Part shown: positions 1 through 14,100 of the stretch, in pieces
Layout: each line of letters starts with the position of its first letter
Numbering within the stretch: the first letter of the stretch is position 1
Notes under the pieces: model-generated
Seen by the model: only the letters and a program-made list of their open reading frames with translations
What the model was told of the DNA's origin: nothing
The model's database searches: none
Source: Octopus bimaculoides
Taxonomy: Eukaryota
NCBI RefSeq assembly: GCF_001194135.2
Contig: NC_068982.1
Location: forward strand, 188,757,406-188,821,405
Length of the DNA stretch: 64,000 nucleotides
Direction of reading: 5' to 3'
Translations under genes and position numbers: made by a program

Positions 1-615
1 ACCACTTTACAGAGTGTGCTGGGTACTTTTCATGTGGCACCAGCACCAATGCTTTTTATGTGACTTATAAATAGTAGTTTCAACTGGAAGGCCAGTTAGT
101 GATTGACAAAGTCCTTAGTGAGTGATGCCAAGAAACCTGTGGACTTTTTGATCATTTTAGAAATGTGGTTTGTACAATGCAGACAATTATTGACAATAAT
201 GCCAGGGTCATGTTCACCAGTAGACTTCTTAACCCTTTAGTATTCAAAGCAGTCATATCCAGCCCAGTTATTCAGTTTTACATTCAAACTGGCCAGATCT
301 GGCCTCTCACACCTACCCTACAATGTCATTCTAAAAATAAGCAATCGCATCATTGGAATCTTTAAGCTGTAAGATGTTGCATGATTAGTTCAACACAATA
401 TGAATAAATAAGCATTACATTTGACAGAGTAAGTCTGAATGGGTTAAGGTTGATGTGGATGGAGTTGGTAAATTCAAAGTTTTTTCCTCCTAAAATGATT
501 TCAGTGCCCTTGTTCACAGCCAACTTGAGTTGCCAATCAACAGTCCATTGCTATATTGTGTCCAGATCAGAAAGCAACATTTTGTAAAGTACCAATTTTC
601 TTTTTTGTAAATATA

Positions 616-955
616 GGCGCAGGAGTGTGGCTGTGTGGTAAGAAGCTTGCTTCCCAACCACATGGTTCTGGGTTCATTCCCACAGCATGGCACCTTGGGC
701 AAGTGCCTTCTACTATAGCCTCGGGGCAACCAAAGCCTTGTGAGTGGATTTGCTATGTGTGTTTTTGCATCTGTGTTTGTCCCCCTATCCCCGCTCCCAC
801 CATCACTTGACAACTGATGCTGGTGTATTTATGTACCCCATAAGTTAGCAGTTCGACAAAAGAGACCAAAGAATAAGTCCTGGGGGCGATTTCTTTGACT
901 AAAAAGGTGGTGCTCCAGCATGGCCACAGTCAAATGACTGAAACACGTAAAAGAA
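616..955 (+). mobile_element. tRNA-derived SINE, family A
   Basis: Head GGCTGTGTGGTAAGAAGCTTGCTTCCCAACCACATGGTTCTGGGTTC, central GCACCTTGGGCAAGTG, tail GAATAAGTCCTGGGG...GGTGCTCCAGCATGGCC...GAAAC..GTAAAAGA. Dozens of copies and fragments occur on both strands. Confidence 0.85.
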
Positions 956-1522
956 TATAGTAGGATGTGATTTGAAGATTTGGCTGCTATTTCTTGCAAG
1001 TCAATAAGTTCCCACATTGGATCATGCATCATAAAGTGAAGGTAATGGAAGAAATACATAGAAGATGGGTTATAATTATTTTCTTTCCTGTTTATTCTGT
1101 ATAATTATTAGACTTGTCGTAGCCCCCTTTCGGACCCTTTAGGCCACAATTCTGATAATAAATTCATCTTTAAATTTCCTTATTGGCCTTTTTCTTGTAT
1201 TCAATGGGGCATCATGAATCTAAACGGATTTTTGTGTCATCAGAATAGGAGAATAGACAAGGACATCTGCAAGTGAGAGGAGACCAACCATCTCAAACCT
1301 AACTGAGGATGATTTGGGTGTAGAGTGTTATGACTTAGTTAGGCCTGGCAGACAGCACTTCGAAGTAGAAACTGATGTCTGTTAACATATAAGGTGTGTC
1401 TATTTGTGTGTTTATACTGACACACGCACGCCCACACAACACACACATTTATACCATATACATAAGCATACACACATATTTAAGTACTAATCTATATATA
1501 TATCTATGTATGTAGATATGTA

Positions 1523-1557
<35 letters not shown>

Positions 1558-2460
1558 GCATGTATGTTATAGAAAGAGCAGCACATGCCATCTGATGTTC
1601 GGGCACAAATATAAGAAGCCCAATGTACCCATCATGACTACCCATCTGGTAAGGGTACACCAGGCACATGCATCACAACCCTACGTGCACAAATGGTGAC
1701 TTCATATGGAGTTAAACAGCGCATGACCTTGCAGGTGGGGCCCAGTTAGAATCTTTTTCTTCAGACAGAATAGCCCATCCTGCTCAAAAGGTCTCTGAAT
1801 AAGGGTTGTTTAAGGATGATAAACACCCATGTTTCCAGGGATGAATTGTTCAAACCTCAAAGAATCCCTCACTAATCAGGGCAAATATGTTTTCCCCCCA
1901 CCACTCCTACTCACGATCAGAGACACATATTATCAACCAATAAGGGACATGCTCAACTGATTGTATCTATGTATGTATGTGTCTATCTGTGTATATATGC
2001 GCATACATATATGGAAATTTCTAAAGCAACTAGATTTCCAACAATTTCTATGAGTTTTCAGTTGTTTGACCACTCAGAAACTCTCCCCTACTGAATTACA
2101 GTCTAAAAGGCTGAGTATTCCAGACACATGTGGAATTAATAATGTAATTCTCAGGCTGGATGTATGAGACATTTGTAATGCAGGTTCTATCTGATGTCCC
2201 TTCAAACAGTCTCTGTCTTCAGAGAGACTGGAGGTTCAGGTAAAGACATTTGTTCAAGGTACCACAAAGTTGGATTTGAACCCTAGACCTCATGATAGCA
2301 AAGCAAATTGAACAGTTTTTATTTTTTACTTGTTTCAGTCATTAGACTCCAGCCATACTAGAGCATCACCTTGATTTTTTAGTAGAATGAATCGACCCCA
2401 CTTCTTCATTTTTTAAAGCCTGGTACTTATTCTATCAGTCACTTTTGCCAATCTGTTAAG

Positions 2461-2689
2461 TTAACCCTTTAGCATTCAAACCGGCCATATCCGGCCAAAA
2501 GTATCCTGCCTGTTTTATGTTAGAACTAGCCAGATCTGGTCTCTCACACCAACCCTACAATATCGTTTTAAAAATTAGCAGCTACCTTATCAAAATCTCA
2601 TAGCTACAAGATAATACATGATTAGTTCAAAGCAATGTGGATAAAAAAGCATCAATTTTGGCAGAATAATGTGAACACTAAAGGGTTAA
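2461..2689. mobile_element. TTAA-flanked MITE (piggyBac-like ends); related copies at 229-447 and ~14378-14602
   Basis: TTAA-CCCTTTAGCATTCA ... GTGAACACTAAAGGG-TTAA terminal inverted repeats; ~225 bp. Confidence 0.8.
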
Positions 2690-2927
2690 AGGGACATAAA
2701 TACACCAATGCTAGTTTGTCAAACAGTAGTGGGGGACAAACACAAAGACACACAACAGGCTTCTTTCAGTTTCCATCTACGAAATCCACTCATAAGGTAT
2801 TGGTCAGCTTGTAGCTATAGTAGAAGACAATAGCCTGAGGTGCTCTGCAGTGGGACTGAACCTGGAACCATGTGGTTGGGAAGCAAACTTCTTACTACAC
2901 AGCCACACCTGCATCTACCCATGGTAT

Positions 2928-2971
<44 letters not shown>

Positions 2972-3430
2972 ATATACATATAATACACATACACGTGTGT
3001 GTGTATATGGATGTACACGTATGTGTATGCATGTGTGTATATATATATACACACATGTGATGCATGTGTGTGTAAGCGACAGTATAGCTATATAGAAATA
3101 AGCTAGATGGTTCCTGCTACTTTCATTGATAAGAAATGTTGAATTTCCATCATTTAAAGATAAGAATTGCAGGAATTAAGAACCATTCCTAAGATTGTTT
3201 CTCACCATTTTACAGAATTGCAGTATTTTTATGTCTTCTCTTCCCACTTTCTTTTTTCTTTCGTTTTTCTGTAGCAACCATTTTCCATTTTATTTCTTAT
3301 ATTTAAGATTTTTTTTCCTCAATTCCCTGTCACAAACTAACTTAGATTACCAGCTGAAGTGTGTTTACTGCTTGTGATATATAATTATTATTTTGGGCTA
3401 CTGCTACTAAAAAAATGTTGCCGGTGATGT

Positions 3431-3469
<39 letters not shown>

Positions 3470-4389
3470 AATGGCATGGCTCTGTGGGAAGAAGCTTGCT
3501 TCCCAACCACATGGTTATGGGTTCACCTTTTGCTAGTGTCTTCTATAGGCTCAGGCCAAACAAAGCCTTGTGAGTGGATTAAGCAGATGGAAACTAAAAG
3601 AAGCCCATCATGTGTATATATACATGTGTGTGTGTTTTTCTCCCCTACTACTCCTTGACTACCAGTGCTAACTCAACAGTTCGATAAAAGAGACTGATAG
3701 AATAAGTACCAGGCTTAAAAAAAGTATTAAGGTCAATTCATTCGACTTAAAGTTCTTGAAAGCAGTGCCCCAGCATGGCTGCCAATGTCCAGTGAATGAA
3801 ACAAGTAAAAAATGAAATATACAAACACATATGTACATATATATGATCTTCACCATCATATTTTATAACTACTCTTCCATGTTTGCGTGGATCAAATGGA
3901 ATTTGTTGAAGCAGATTTTCTATGGTTGGACGCTCTTCTTGTTATTAATCTGCACTTGTTTCAAAGTAAGATAATATTTCCCCCATGACTGGACATGTTT
4001 ACGTAGACAAACGAAAACCAAAAAGTACTGTTTGTATGTTTGTGACTGTCACAATAACCGTGAGATGTGAAGACAGGGAGACGCAATCACACACACACAT
4101 GCACACAAGGGGCTGTTGAAAGAAAATACAGGAGAATCAGTCAGTTTATTCAACATATTCCCCTTTCATATTCATACACTTCTTGCAGCGGCTGCCATTG
4201 TTTCTAAGCCTTACAGAAGAATTCGGAAGGTTGAGCCTCCAACGATGTCTTTCTCAATACACTTAAAGCCAAAACCTTTGCAAAACCGCCTTGTGTATGT
4301 ATATATATTTTTTTTTCTGTGAGTTAGAGGTTGGGAAATCAACCAACTGAGGGATAGTGCCTATCCAATATACTGCTGGNNNNNNNNNN

Positions 4390-4463
<74 letters not shown>

Positions 4464-7400
4464 TTTCTGTGAGTTAGAGGTTGGGAAATCAACCAACTGA
4501 GGGATAGTGCCTATCCAATATACTGCTGGTAGCGTATCCAATTATTCATACCCAAATGCATGGAGGATCTCATTGCCACTTGGCACAAACAGCTGTAAGG
4601 AACTGTTCTTTTGCTCTTTTCTCTAATATTAACATGTAACACATAGTTACTACATGTGTATGTTTTTTTTCTAATGCTTTCTAATGCTTTGGAATAAATA
4701 AACACACTGGAATTGTCTACCGGATGATGTATGTCGTTTTGTATCTCTCCATTTTCTAATTTGCTATATATATATATACATACATATATATATATATATC
4801 CCATAATTTAGTGTATCCTCAGATTGGAACCTGGAGCAGCTCTCCAGCTGACCAGTTTCAGTTAATCCTTCTAACCCATGCTAGCATGGAAAGCAGATAC
4901 TAAATGATAATGATGATGTTTTATTTCGTTTTGTACTAATCAGCATCATTGTTTTAACATCCATTTTTGCATGATTGCATGGGTCAGATGGAATTTGTTG
5001 AGGTAGAAATCCACGGGTCAGAGTTTCTAAGGCAAGAAACTGACCTGTTTCCAAGCCAGCTAATATTTCCCTTTGGTCAGATGTTTTCCATAGAAAACTG
5101 GAAACAAGCATCACTTGTATGGTTATGATGGTCATTTACAATCATCATGTCATTTCAAGACAAGGGTACACATATACACATGCATGTGTGTGTGTGTATA
5201 TATATATATATAAATATAAGGACTGGCTTTTGTGCGGGTGGCACATAAAAGACACCATTTCGAGCATGGCCGTTTTCGTGCGGGTGACACGTAAAAGCAC
5301 CCACTACACTCTCTGAGTGGTTGGCGTTAGGAAGGGCATCCAGGTGTAGAAACTCTGCCAAATTAGATTGGAGCCTGGTGTTGCCATCCGGTTTCACCAG
5401 TCCTCAGTCAAATCGTCCAACCCATGCTAGCATGGAAAGCAGATGTTAAACGATGATGATGATGATGATGATGATAAATACAGGGTTGGCCAAAAGTCAC
5501 CCGACAGTAAATCAAAATTCCATATATACTTAATATTCAATTTTATTTATTCATTCCAATTATGAATGTTTAATAATTGAATGCTGTGAGTTAAAATCAC
5601 TGTCTTTTTTTTTTTCAACATTTGTCACNNNNNNNNNNNNNNNNNNNNNNNNNNNNNNNNNNNNNNNNNNNNNNNNNNNNNNNNNNNNNNNNNNNNNNNN
5701 NNNNNNNNNNNNNNNNNNNNNNNNNNNNNNNNNNNNNNNNNNNNNNTATATATATATATATATATATATTGTTGCCAGTACCGCCAGACTGGCCCTCATG
5801 CCGGTGGCATGTAAAAAGCACCCACTACACTCTCGGAGTGGTTGGCGTTAGGAAGAGCATCCAGCTGTAGAAACTCTGCTAGATCAGATTGGAGTCTGGC
5901 GTAGCCACCTGGTTTGCCACTCCCCAGTCAAATCGTCCAACCCATGCTAGCATGGAAAGCGGACGTTAAATGATGATGAAATAAAAACATACACATACAA
6001 ACATACACATATACAAACATACAAGCACACACACACACATATTTATTTATGTATGATAGACTTCTCTCAGTTTCCATCTACCAAATTCCCTCACAAAGCA
6101 TTGGCTAGCCCTGAGCTATACAAGACACTTACCCAAGGTGCCATACAGTGGGATTGAACCCAAAGCCACATGGTAAGGAAGCAAGCTTCTAAACCACACA
6201 GTCATACTTGTGCTTATTATGTTATTACCTATCCGTCTTTCCTTGTATAAATGACATTCACAGTTGGAACTAGGTTACAGTGATCAGGTCATAGTTGTGT
6301 CAAAAAATACTTTGATTTGGAATAATCTCCAAGAGAAAGTCATAGACAGGGATACTATTAGTTTAATGAGGATCATCTGCTATTTCAGTAAGGAATTTCA
6401 CATGCAGTTAGGTGTCTATCCAGGCCTGGCTTTCATGCCCTCTTCAATTTATCAAAGTTTTCTTGGCCATAAGAGAAAAGTTTAAGTCTGGTTATCCATG
6501 AAACCTTGTTTATGTCAAAAACAGTTCTCACAGTTGGATGTGTCAGGGATTTAGAAAGTAACGAGCCAACTTGTAAGCAAAAGCTAGAATTAAGTAAGCC
6601 ATAGCAAAGACAAAAAGTTTGAATTAGCAGAAATGAAGAGTGGACTGATCTGCCATCTGGGAGCAGGTTTTGGTTGATATGTAGAAAAGGGATTGATTCT
6701 CTATGATGTATCAACATTGTCATCGTTGTTTAATGTCCGCTTTCCATGCTGGCATGAGTTGGATGGTTTGAATGAGGACTGGCAAGACAGGAGGCCGCAC
6801 CAGGCTCCAGTCTGATTTGGCAGTGTTTCTACAGCTGGATGCCCTTCCTAACACCAACCACTCTGAGAGTGTAGTGGGTGCTTTTTACGTGCCACTGGCA
6901 TGGTAGCCAGTCAGGGGCTATTGGCCACAGCTACGATATTGGTTTTATTTGACTAAACAGGTCTTGTCAGTATAAAATATGTGTGCACAAGACAAGCAAC
7001 AGGATCACAAGAAGGCTGATAAAGAAGAGCGCCTAGATAACAGTAGATTTATGATGAATGGCCTTCCAGCCTTGACCGTCCCATCTTTTTATTATATCAA
7101 CTACTACAAAGTATCAGTTCTTATAAGAGACAGATGGATGTGATTTGAGGCAGATCTGTCTGTTATTTTAAGCAAGTTTCCTCATAAACAGTTGGGAGGA
7201 ATATATAAAAGTTACTCAGAGTTTGAGATTTGGTTGCTATATCTAGCACATTCCCTCAGCATGTTGTATAATGTGAAATTCTAATGATGTAATAAAACCA
7301 CCTCATCACTGAATTACCTTTGATCTTTTAATTGCTTCAGTCATTAGACCGTGGCCAGGCAGGGGCACCGAAGAATTTTAGTTGAATGAATTGACTCCAG

Positions 7401-8374
7401 CACATATTTTTTAAAGCCTGGTGCTTATTCTATTGCTCTCTTTTGCCAAACTGCTATGTTACTGGGATGTAACTACACCAACACTAATTTTCAAGGATGG
7501 GGGGGGGGGCAAACACACACATATGTACACATACACACATGATGAGCTTCTTTCAGTTTCCATCTACCAAATCCACCCACAGGACTTTAGTCAGCCCAAG
7601 GTCATAGAAAATGATGCTTGCCCGAGGTGCCACATAGTGGGACTGAACCCTGAACCATATGGTTGGGAAACAAACTTCTTACTACACAACCACCCCATCA
7701 CTGAATTATGAAGAAGCATGGCATGTAGGAGGAGCTTGGTGGGGATTGCAAGAACTGAATCAATAACAGAAGAATAATGGTTAAACATGGAGACAATGGA
7801 ACATGCCTTCACACCAAAAAAGGAAAGGGAAAAATGCAAATAAAAACTAACAAAAACGACAGTAACAACAACAACAACAAAATAGTTTTTTTTTTCACAT
7901 TTAATAATAAATGATAATAAAATAACAAAAAAAATAACAAGAATTATAAACACAAAAATTAACATCGAAAATAGTAAAAACAAGGAAACAGAACAAGTAA
8001 CACACAAAGGATCTCTGTAATTACAACAACTTGACAAAGAATTAGCATTGCCGCAATATAACAATCAAGATGATGATAATGATTACAGTAATTACATTAT
8101 CATAACGAACAAACAAAATTAGATAAATGAAAAAAAGGGTGAAAATAATTTTTTTTTTTAAATGCGACCAAAAACTGGTAGTTTGTGGCAGTAGTTAGAA
8201 ATAAATGGGTTTATAAGAGGAAAAATTGGGTAAAAATGAGAAAAAATGCCAACAGAAATGATTAAAAGGGCATGATGCACAAAAAAGTGGGAGAAAAACC
8301 GTAAACAAAAACTGAAAAGAGGCCAAGTTGACTAAGTCCACGATTCCGTGTTTGTGAAGGAATGGTGCTTTTAG

Positions 8375-8555
8375 TTACTTGTATGCAGCTGTGTTATTTC
8401 CGAGATCCTTTAGGTTTCCAGTACTATAGGAATGACACGGAGCGCCAGGAGCTCCAAGACCCATTTCGGAGTGGTCACTTGAGGTGCTACCTCTACGTTT
8501 CATGAGAGGGCTAGGGGTTGGGGTACGTTTTTTGGTACTTGTAAACGAGAAGAAC
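8375..8555 (-). CDS. R7-RGS C-terminal tail exon: (K)[59 protein letters not shown]
   Basis: Acceptor ttttttctttgcag|G, phase compatible with exon 17784-17912, open to TAA at 8377-8375. The composition is coding-like within very AT-rich flanks. The 3' end is ambiguous because the stop overlaps a possible donor. Confidence 0.8.
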
Positions 8556-9724
8556 CTGCAAAGAAAAAAACAAAAAGGAATTAAGAAAAATAAATAACAA
8601 AGAAAAACAAAAGACAAATTAGGTTTTTGTCTGTGAAAGTAAATTGTGTGTTTACACACATCATCATTTAACATCCTTCTTCCATGCTGGTATGGGTTGG
8701 ATGGTTCGACAGGCGCTGGCAAGCCAGAGGAGTACACCAGGTTCCACTGTCTGTAATGGCATGGTTTTTATGGCTGGAAGCCCTTCCTAATGCCGACCCC
8801 TTTACAGAGTGGATTGAATGCTTGTATATTACCTTCAAAACATGGAGTAGATAAAACAGGGGACAACTGACGAAGGGAATGTTCTTTATGTTGCATGTCT
8901 CGTTTCTCTGTTTGTTTGTTTCTTTCATTGTTCAAAAAACATTCGTTTTCTATGTTTTTGCTTTTTATGTTCTCATTTCTCATTGTATCACCCGTGTGTG
9001 TGTGTGTGTGTGTGTGTGTCTGTCAGCCCTTTCACACTTACTTCGTTCTTTCCACTCTTCTTTCTTTCGTTCCCCCTTTCTCACATTTCTTGGCTTTCTC
9101 TTCATTCTCACCTTCCCTCCTCTTTCACTTCACTCTGTCCCTTTTCTTTTTTTCTCATCCCTCCCTAATTCTTCTATCCCTCTGCCTCTCTTCTCTTCAC
9201 GTGACCGGTGTTCGGCCAAGCCTGACCTTTCTTTCTTGTTTCGACTATAATCCATGCAACATCTATATTCCTTCCCATGCCTGTCATCTCTTATGTCTCT
9301 GCCATAAGGCTTCACTTCCACACACACCAGCTTAATTTAATTCATCCTTAGTCAAAAGACACCTTTTGTTAATGTCCTTATTTGCATTTGGGTACCATTT
9401 CTCCATTTTTTTCTGTCCTTGTTTTCCTATACATTCGCTGCTTTCTTCCAAGGAATCTAGTGCTCTTAGCTTAATTTTTCCTTGGAGCAATCTCGAGTAT
9501 AACCAGCTGAAATTGCAAAGATAATCTGGAACTTGACTGAGGAAAGAAAACTCCGAATGACCTGTCCTTGTTCAATTTTTTATATTCCTTTTAATATATA
9601 TATGTATCTGTGTGTCTGTGTGTGTATATATATATGTCAAAGTATATACTTTGATATATTGTATTGAAGATAATAAGGTGCTTTATAACACTATGTTTGA
9701 AACTGATTTACAATTAATCAAAAA

Positions 9725-9806
<82 letters not shown>

Positions 9807-11088
9807 GGGGAGAGAAACACACATGATAGGCTGCCATTCAATTTCTATCTAAATTCACTGTATTGGTTGTCTTGGGGTCTATAGTAGAAGACACTTGCTC
9901 AAAGCACCACCCAGTGGGACTGAACTCGAAACCACATTCTTGTAAAATGAGCTTCATAACCATAGATTAGTTTATTTACTTAATGATATTTCAAAGTCTG
10001 TTGTTGTTGTGGTTGTCGCTAAAAAACAGTTAATCTTAAAACTACATTTAAAAGTTTTTTTAAAGATAATGTTTAAATAAAAGACAAAAAAACCTTACAG
10101 ATGAGTCTATCTACCCCCACCAACCACTTTGCCTCTAGTATCATCATAACATTTTCCACTACCCACCCCCAAGAATGGTTCCGCCCACTTTGAGTATAAC
10201 TGGTATAAAGAGTCGCTTATTGGTTACAAACTCCATTCAATAGTAGCTGTTTTTGTACTGTTGTTTGTTTTTGTTTCATATAGCTGGAATAGTTGTTGTT
10301 GTCAACTTTGTATCATGCACTAATTAACCAAAGGCTGTTCCCCGAGCTGATATATTCGTTAAGCTAACGTCATCTGGTGAGCAGATTGGTGGGGGTGGTA
10401 GGGGTTGTCATTCATTCCATAGCTCGTTAACTTCCACACTCACATACATAACACATGCATGCAAACGCTGCATTCATGAGTACATATTCATACACACAGT
10501 TGCTAAAGCATACCTACACACATGTGCATGTTCTTCTCTCATGTAACCCTCTAGTCATGTAGCATTCACACACAAAACACACACACACAGGTGTGGTTGT
10601 GTGGGCAAGTATCTTCTGCTATAGCCCTGGGTTGAACAAAGCATTGTTAGTGGATTTGATAAAAGAAAACTGAAAGAAGCCCATCATACATACGTACATA
10701 TATAGACACACACACACACCTATGTATGTTTGTGCTTGTCTCCTGCCACTGCAAAAGAGACTGAAAATACTAGATGTAGAAAAGTCCTGGTATTGATTTG
10801 TTTGACTAAATCTATCAAAGTGCTGCTCCAGCATGGCCACAGCCCAATGTGTGAAACAAGTAAAAGAAATACATATATGCAAGCATACATTTTTGTTTCT
10901 TTTATTTTCTTTTACTTGTTTCAGCCATTTGACTGTGGCCATGCTGGAGCACCGCCTTTAGTCGGATAAACCAACCCCAGGACTTATTCTATTGGTCTCT
11001 TTTGCCGAACTTCTAAGTTATGGGGACGTAAACACACCAATATCGGTTGTCAAGCAATGGTGGTGGGGACAAACACAGACACACAAAT

Positions 11089-11119
<31 letters not shown>

Positions 11120-14100
11120 CATACATATATACACGACAGGTTTCTTTCAGTTTCCATCTACCAAATCCAGTCACAAGGCTTTGGTCGGCCTGAGGCTACA
11201 GTAGAAGACACTTGCCCAAGGTGCCACACAGTGGGACTGAACCCAGAACCATGTGTTTGGGAAGCAAGCTTCTTACTACACAGCCACTCCTGTGCCTATA
11301 TATATATGCTCATACATATATGTATGCACACACACACACACATCCTCCTTCCTACTTCTTCCTTTGGCCATCTCTCTCATATTCCCATTCTTGTATATAT
11401 ATATGCTGCAGGTTGTCCCTTTCCATATCCTTTCAGACACTCTGCTACTCTCAGACAGTCTTCTGTGATAAACAAAACAATGATGTCAAGGTAGGCATAA
11501 CAAGAAACTGACCAGCTAAAACATACCACCTACTTACATTCTTTTGTGAACCCCTAAAAGTTTCCATTACAAAAAAATAGACACTGCAGGTGCGGATGTG
11601 TGGTAAGAAGTTTGCTTCCCAGCCACACAAACCACAGGGTTACGGGTTCAGTCCCACTGTGTGGCACCTTGGGCAGGCCAACCCAAGCCTTGTGAGTGGA
11701 TTTGGTAGACGAAAACTGAAAGAATCCCGTTGTATATATATATATGTATTTGTGTGTCTGTGTTATCCCCCCACTATTATTTGACAACCAATGTTGGTGT
11801 TTATGTCCCCGAACCTTAGCGGTTCGCCAAAAAAGAGACTAATAGAATAAGTACTAGACTTATAAAGAATAAGTCCTAGGGTCGATTTGTTTGACTAAAG
11901 GCGGTGCTCCAGCATGACCATAGTCAATTGGCTGAAACAAGTAAAAGAATAAAAGAAAGAACACCCATTTATTAAGGATACTGGACTTTGTACCTTTTGA
12001 CCTTAAATGCCAAATACCAATTTCTGTTTCCTGCCATTAATTCACCACTTTGCATTCTGACATGTTGAACTTGCTTTTTAGCCCCTTCTTTTATCTAATA
12101 TGGTTTGTTCTCTTTATTAAAATTTCATTTTCTAAAGGCGGCAGGCTGCCAGAGTCGTTAGTACGCCAGGTGAAATGCTTAGCGGTATTTCGTCTGTCTT
12201 TGCATTCTGAGTTCAAATTCCACTGAGGTCGACTTTGCCTTTCATCCCTTTGGGGTCGATAAATTAAGTACCAGTCGCATACTGTGGTTGATCTAATCAG
12301 CTGGCCCCTTCCCCCAAAATTTCGGGCTGGTTTGCTATTCTTTTAATGTAAATACTTCTTGTTCATGAAAATTTAAATATTTCATCTCATTCCAGTTCTG
12401 GCTCACTTGCCTCAATGTTTTTCTCTCTTGGAAGTCTGCAGATTGTTTTTTTTTTATTCCCTCTTTCCTTATCATTCACCCATGTAAAACAAAGCAGTGC
12501 CCATCCTTTGCTGCTTCCTTTATCCATCTTTTACAGCTTCTTGTCCTCTCACTTACACTACAGGTTCCGTCTTGCATCACTTTGGACACTCTGCTACCAT
12601 CAAACTTTCTCTTTAATTTTGAAATGGATCTTTGTTGGTTCTGATAACGAGTATCTGGTTGTTGAATCAGCATGTCACTGGTTGGGTATTCCACAGACAC
12701 ATGAATACCTGACCCAGCATGATATGTAATAAAGCTAGAATTTTATGAATTTCCAGTCTCTCAATCCATACATTAGGCTTCCATAGTTTCTGTCAACCCA
12801 GTTTGCCTCACAAAACTTTGGTTTGATCCTGAAGCTATGACAAAAGACATGTTTGCTCAAGATGTGACACAGAAAGATTGAACCCAGAATCATCTGACTG
12901 CAAAGTAAATTTCTAGTAAGACCACATTCATTTTCTTTCTCTGGTCAGGTTTATATCCTTTTTCTGATCCCAGAGAGAGAATGTTTCTTCAAACAAATGA
13001 TGTACTTTTTTATATCAAGGTTAAAATATGTATCCACTGAAAATACCTGCTTTTATACATTTCCTATCCTTAATACGACTCAAAGCTTCTTACCATATTC
13101 TTCATTTAACGTCTGCATATAATATATTATATATATANNNNNNNNNNNNNNNNNNNNNNNNNNNNNNNNNNNNNNNNNNNNNNNNNNNNNNNNNNNNNNN
13201 NNNNNNNNNNNNNNNNNNNNNNNNNNNNNNNNNNNNNNNNNNNNNNNNNNNNNNNNNNNNNNNNNNNNNNNNNNNNNNNNNNNNNNNNNNNNNNNNNNNN
13301 NNNNNNNNNNNNNNNNNNNNNNNNNNNNNNNNNNNNNNNNNNNNNNNNNNNNNNNNNNNNNNNNNNNNNNNNNNNNNNNNNNNNNNNNNNNNNNNNNNNN
13401 NNNNNNNNNNNNNNNNNNNNNNNNNNNNNNNNNNNNNNNNNNNNNNNNNNNNNNNNNNNNNNNNNNNNNNNNNNNNNNNNNNNNNNNNNNNNNNNNNNNN
13501 NNNNNNNNNNNNNNNNNNNNNNNNNNNNNNNNNNNNNNNNNNNNNNNNNTATATATATATATATATGTATGTACTGAAAATGCATATATACACATGCCTT
13601 GAAAAGATCTCTTCCGCACCCCACCCCTCGGTTGTAGGGACTTAGATCAGGCATGCAGTTTAAGGCAGCCAGTCTCTTGACACACCTTCTGATCTGCACC
13701 TTCCCACCTTCCCAAGGGTGTAGCTACCCTGATTGTTAGACAGCAGCAGAAAAGATTTCTCAACGGGGGTCTGAAAACTTTTTTACACACATGGAGTAAG
13801 GAGACTTACTGACATGAAGTGTGATGAGGGATACAAGACAGAATAATGAGGGAAGAGGCTATATGAAGATTTAATATAAACTAAATGATGGGGGTGGGGA
13901 GATCTCAAATATAGTTATTATACATCCTCATCTCAATCAATGCCATTATCATTTTTACATCTATATCGTTGCCAGGGCCACTGACTGGCTCCCATGCCAG
14001 TGGCATGTAAAAATGGAGCACCATTTGAACGTGGCCGCTGCCAGTGCTGCCGGACCAGTTCCCGTGCAGGTGGCATGTAAAAAGCACCATCTGAGCGTGG

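Noticed and set aside
1180-1400. Minus-strand acceptor and a YSDDTKI peptide resembling an RT YADD motif
   Set aside because: As a next RGS exon it gives only a 12-residue unremarkable peptide before a stop, and no flanking RT motifs support a LINE call.
4189-4294. Possible plus-strand exon (cttcttgcag|CGGCTG...CTTGT|gtatgt) with one open frame
   Set aside because: No recognisable protein similarity, the donor falls at a TG/TA microsatellite edge, and no partner exons were found.
4306-4530. Exact ~70-bp duplication either side of a 10-N gap
   Set aside because: Identical copies flanking a gap and a (TA)n tract are most simply an uncollapsed contig overlap, not biology.
6264-6723. ORFs 6264-6485(+) and 6433-6723(-) as downstream RGS exons
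   Set aside because: The acceptor phase is incompatible (early stop in phase 2) and there is no homology; possibly very old LINE debris.
9480-9570. CTGAGGAAAG...CTCCGAAT as a third hammerhead-like motif
   Set aside because: The GAAAC box and stem I cannot be formed in this single copy.
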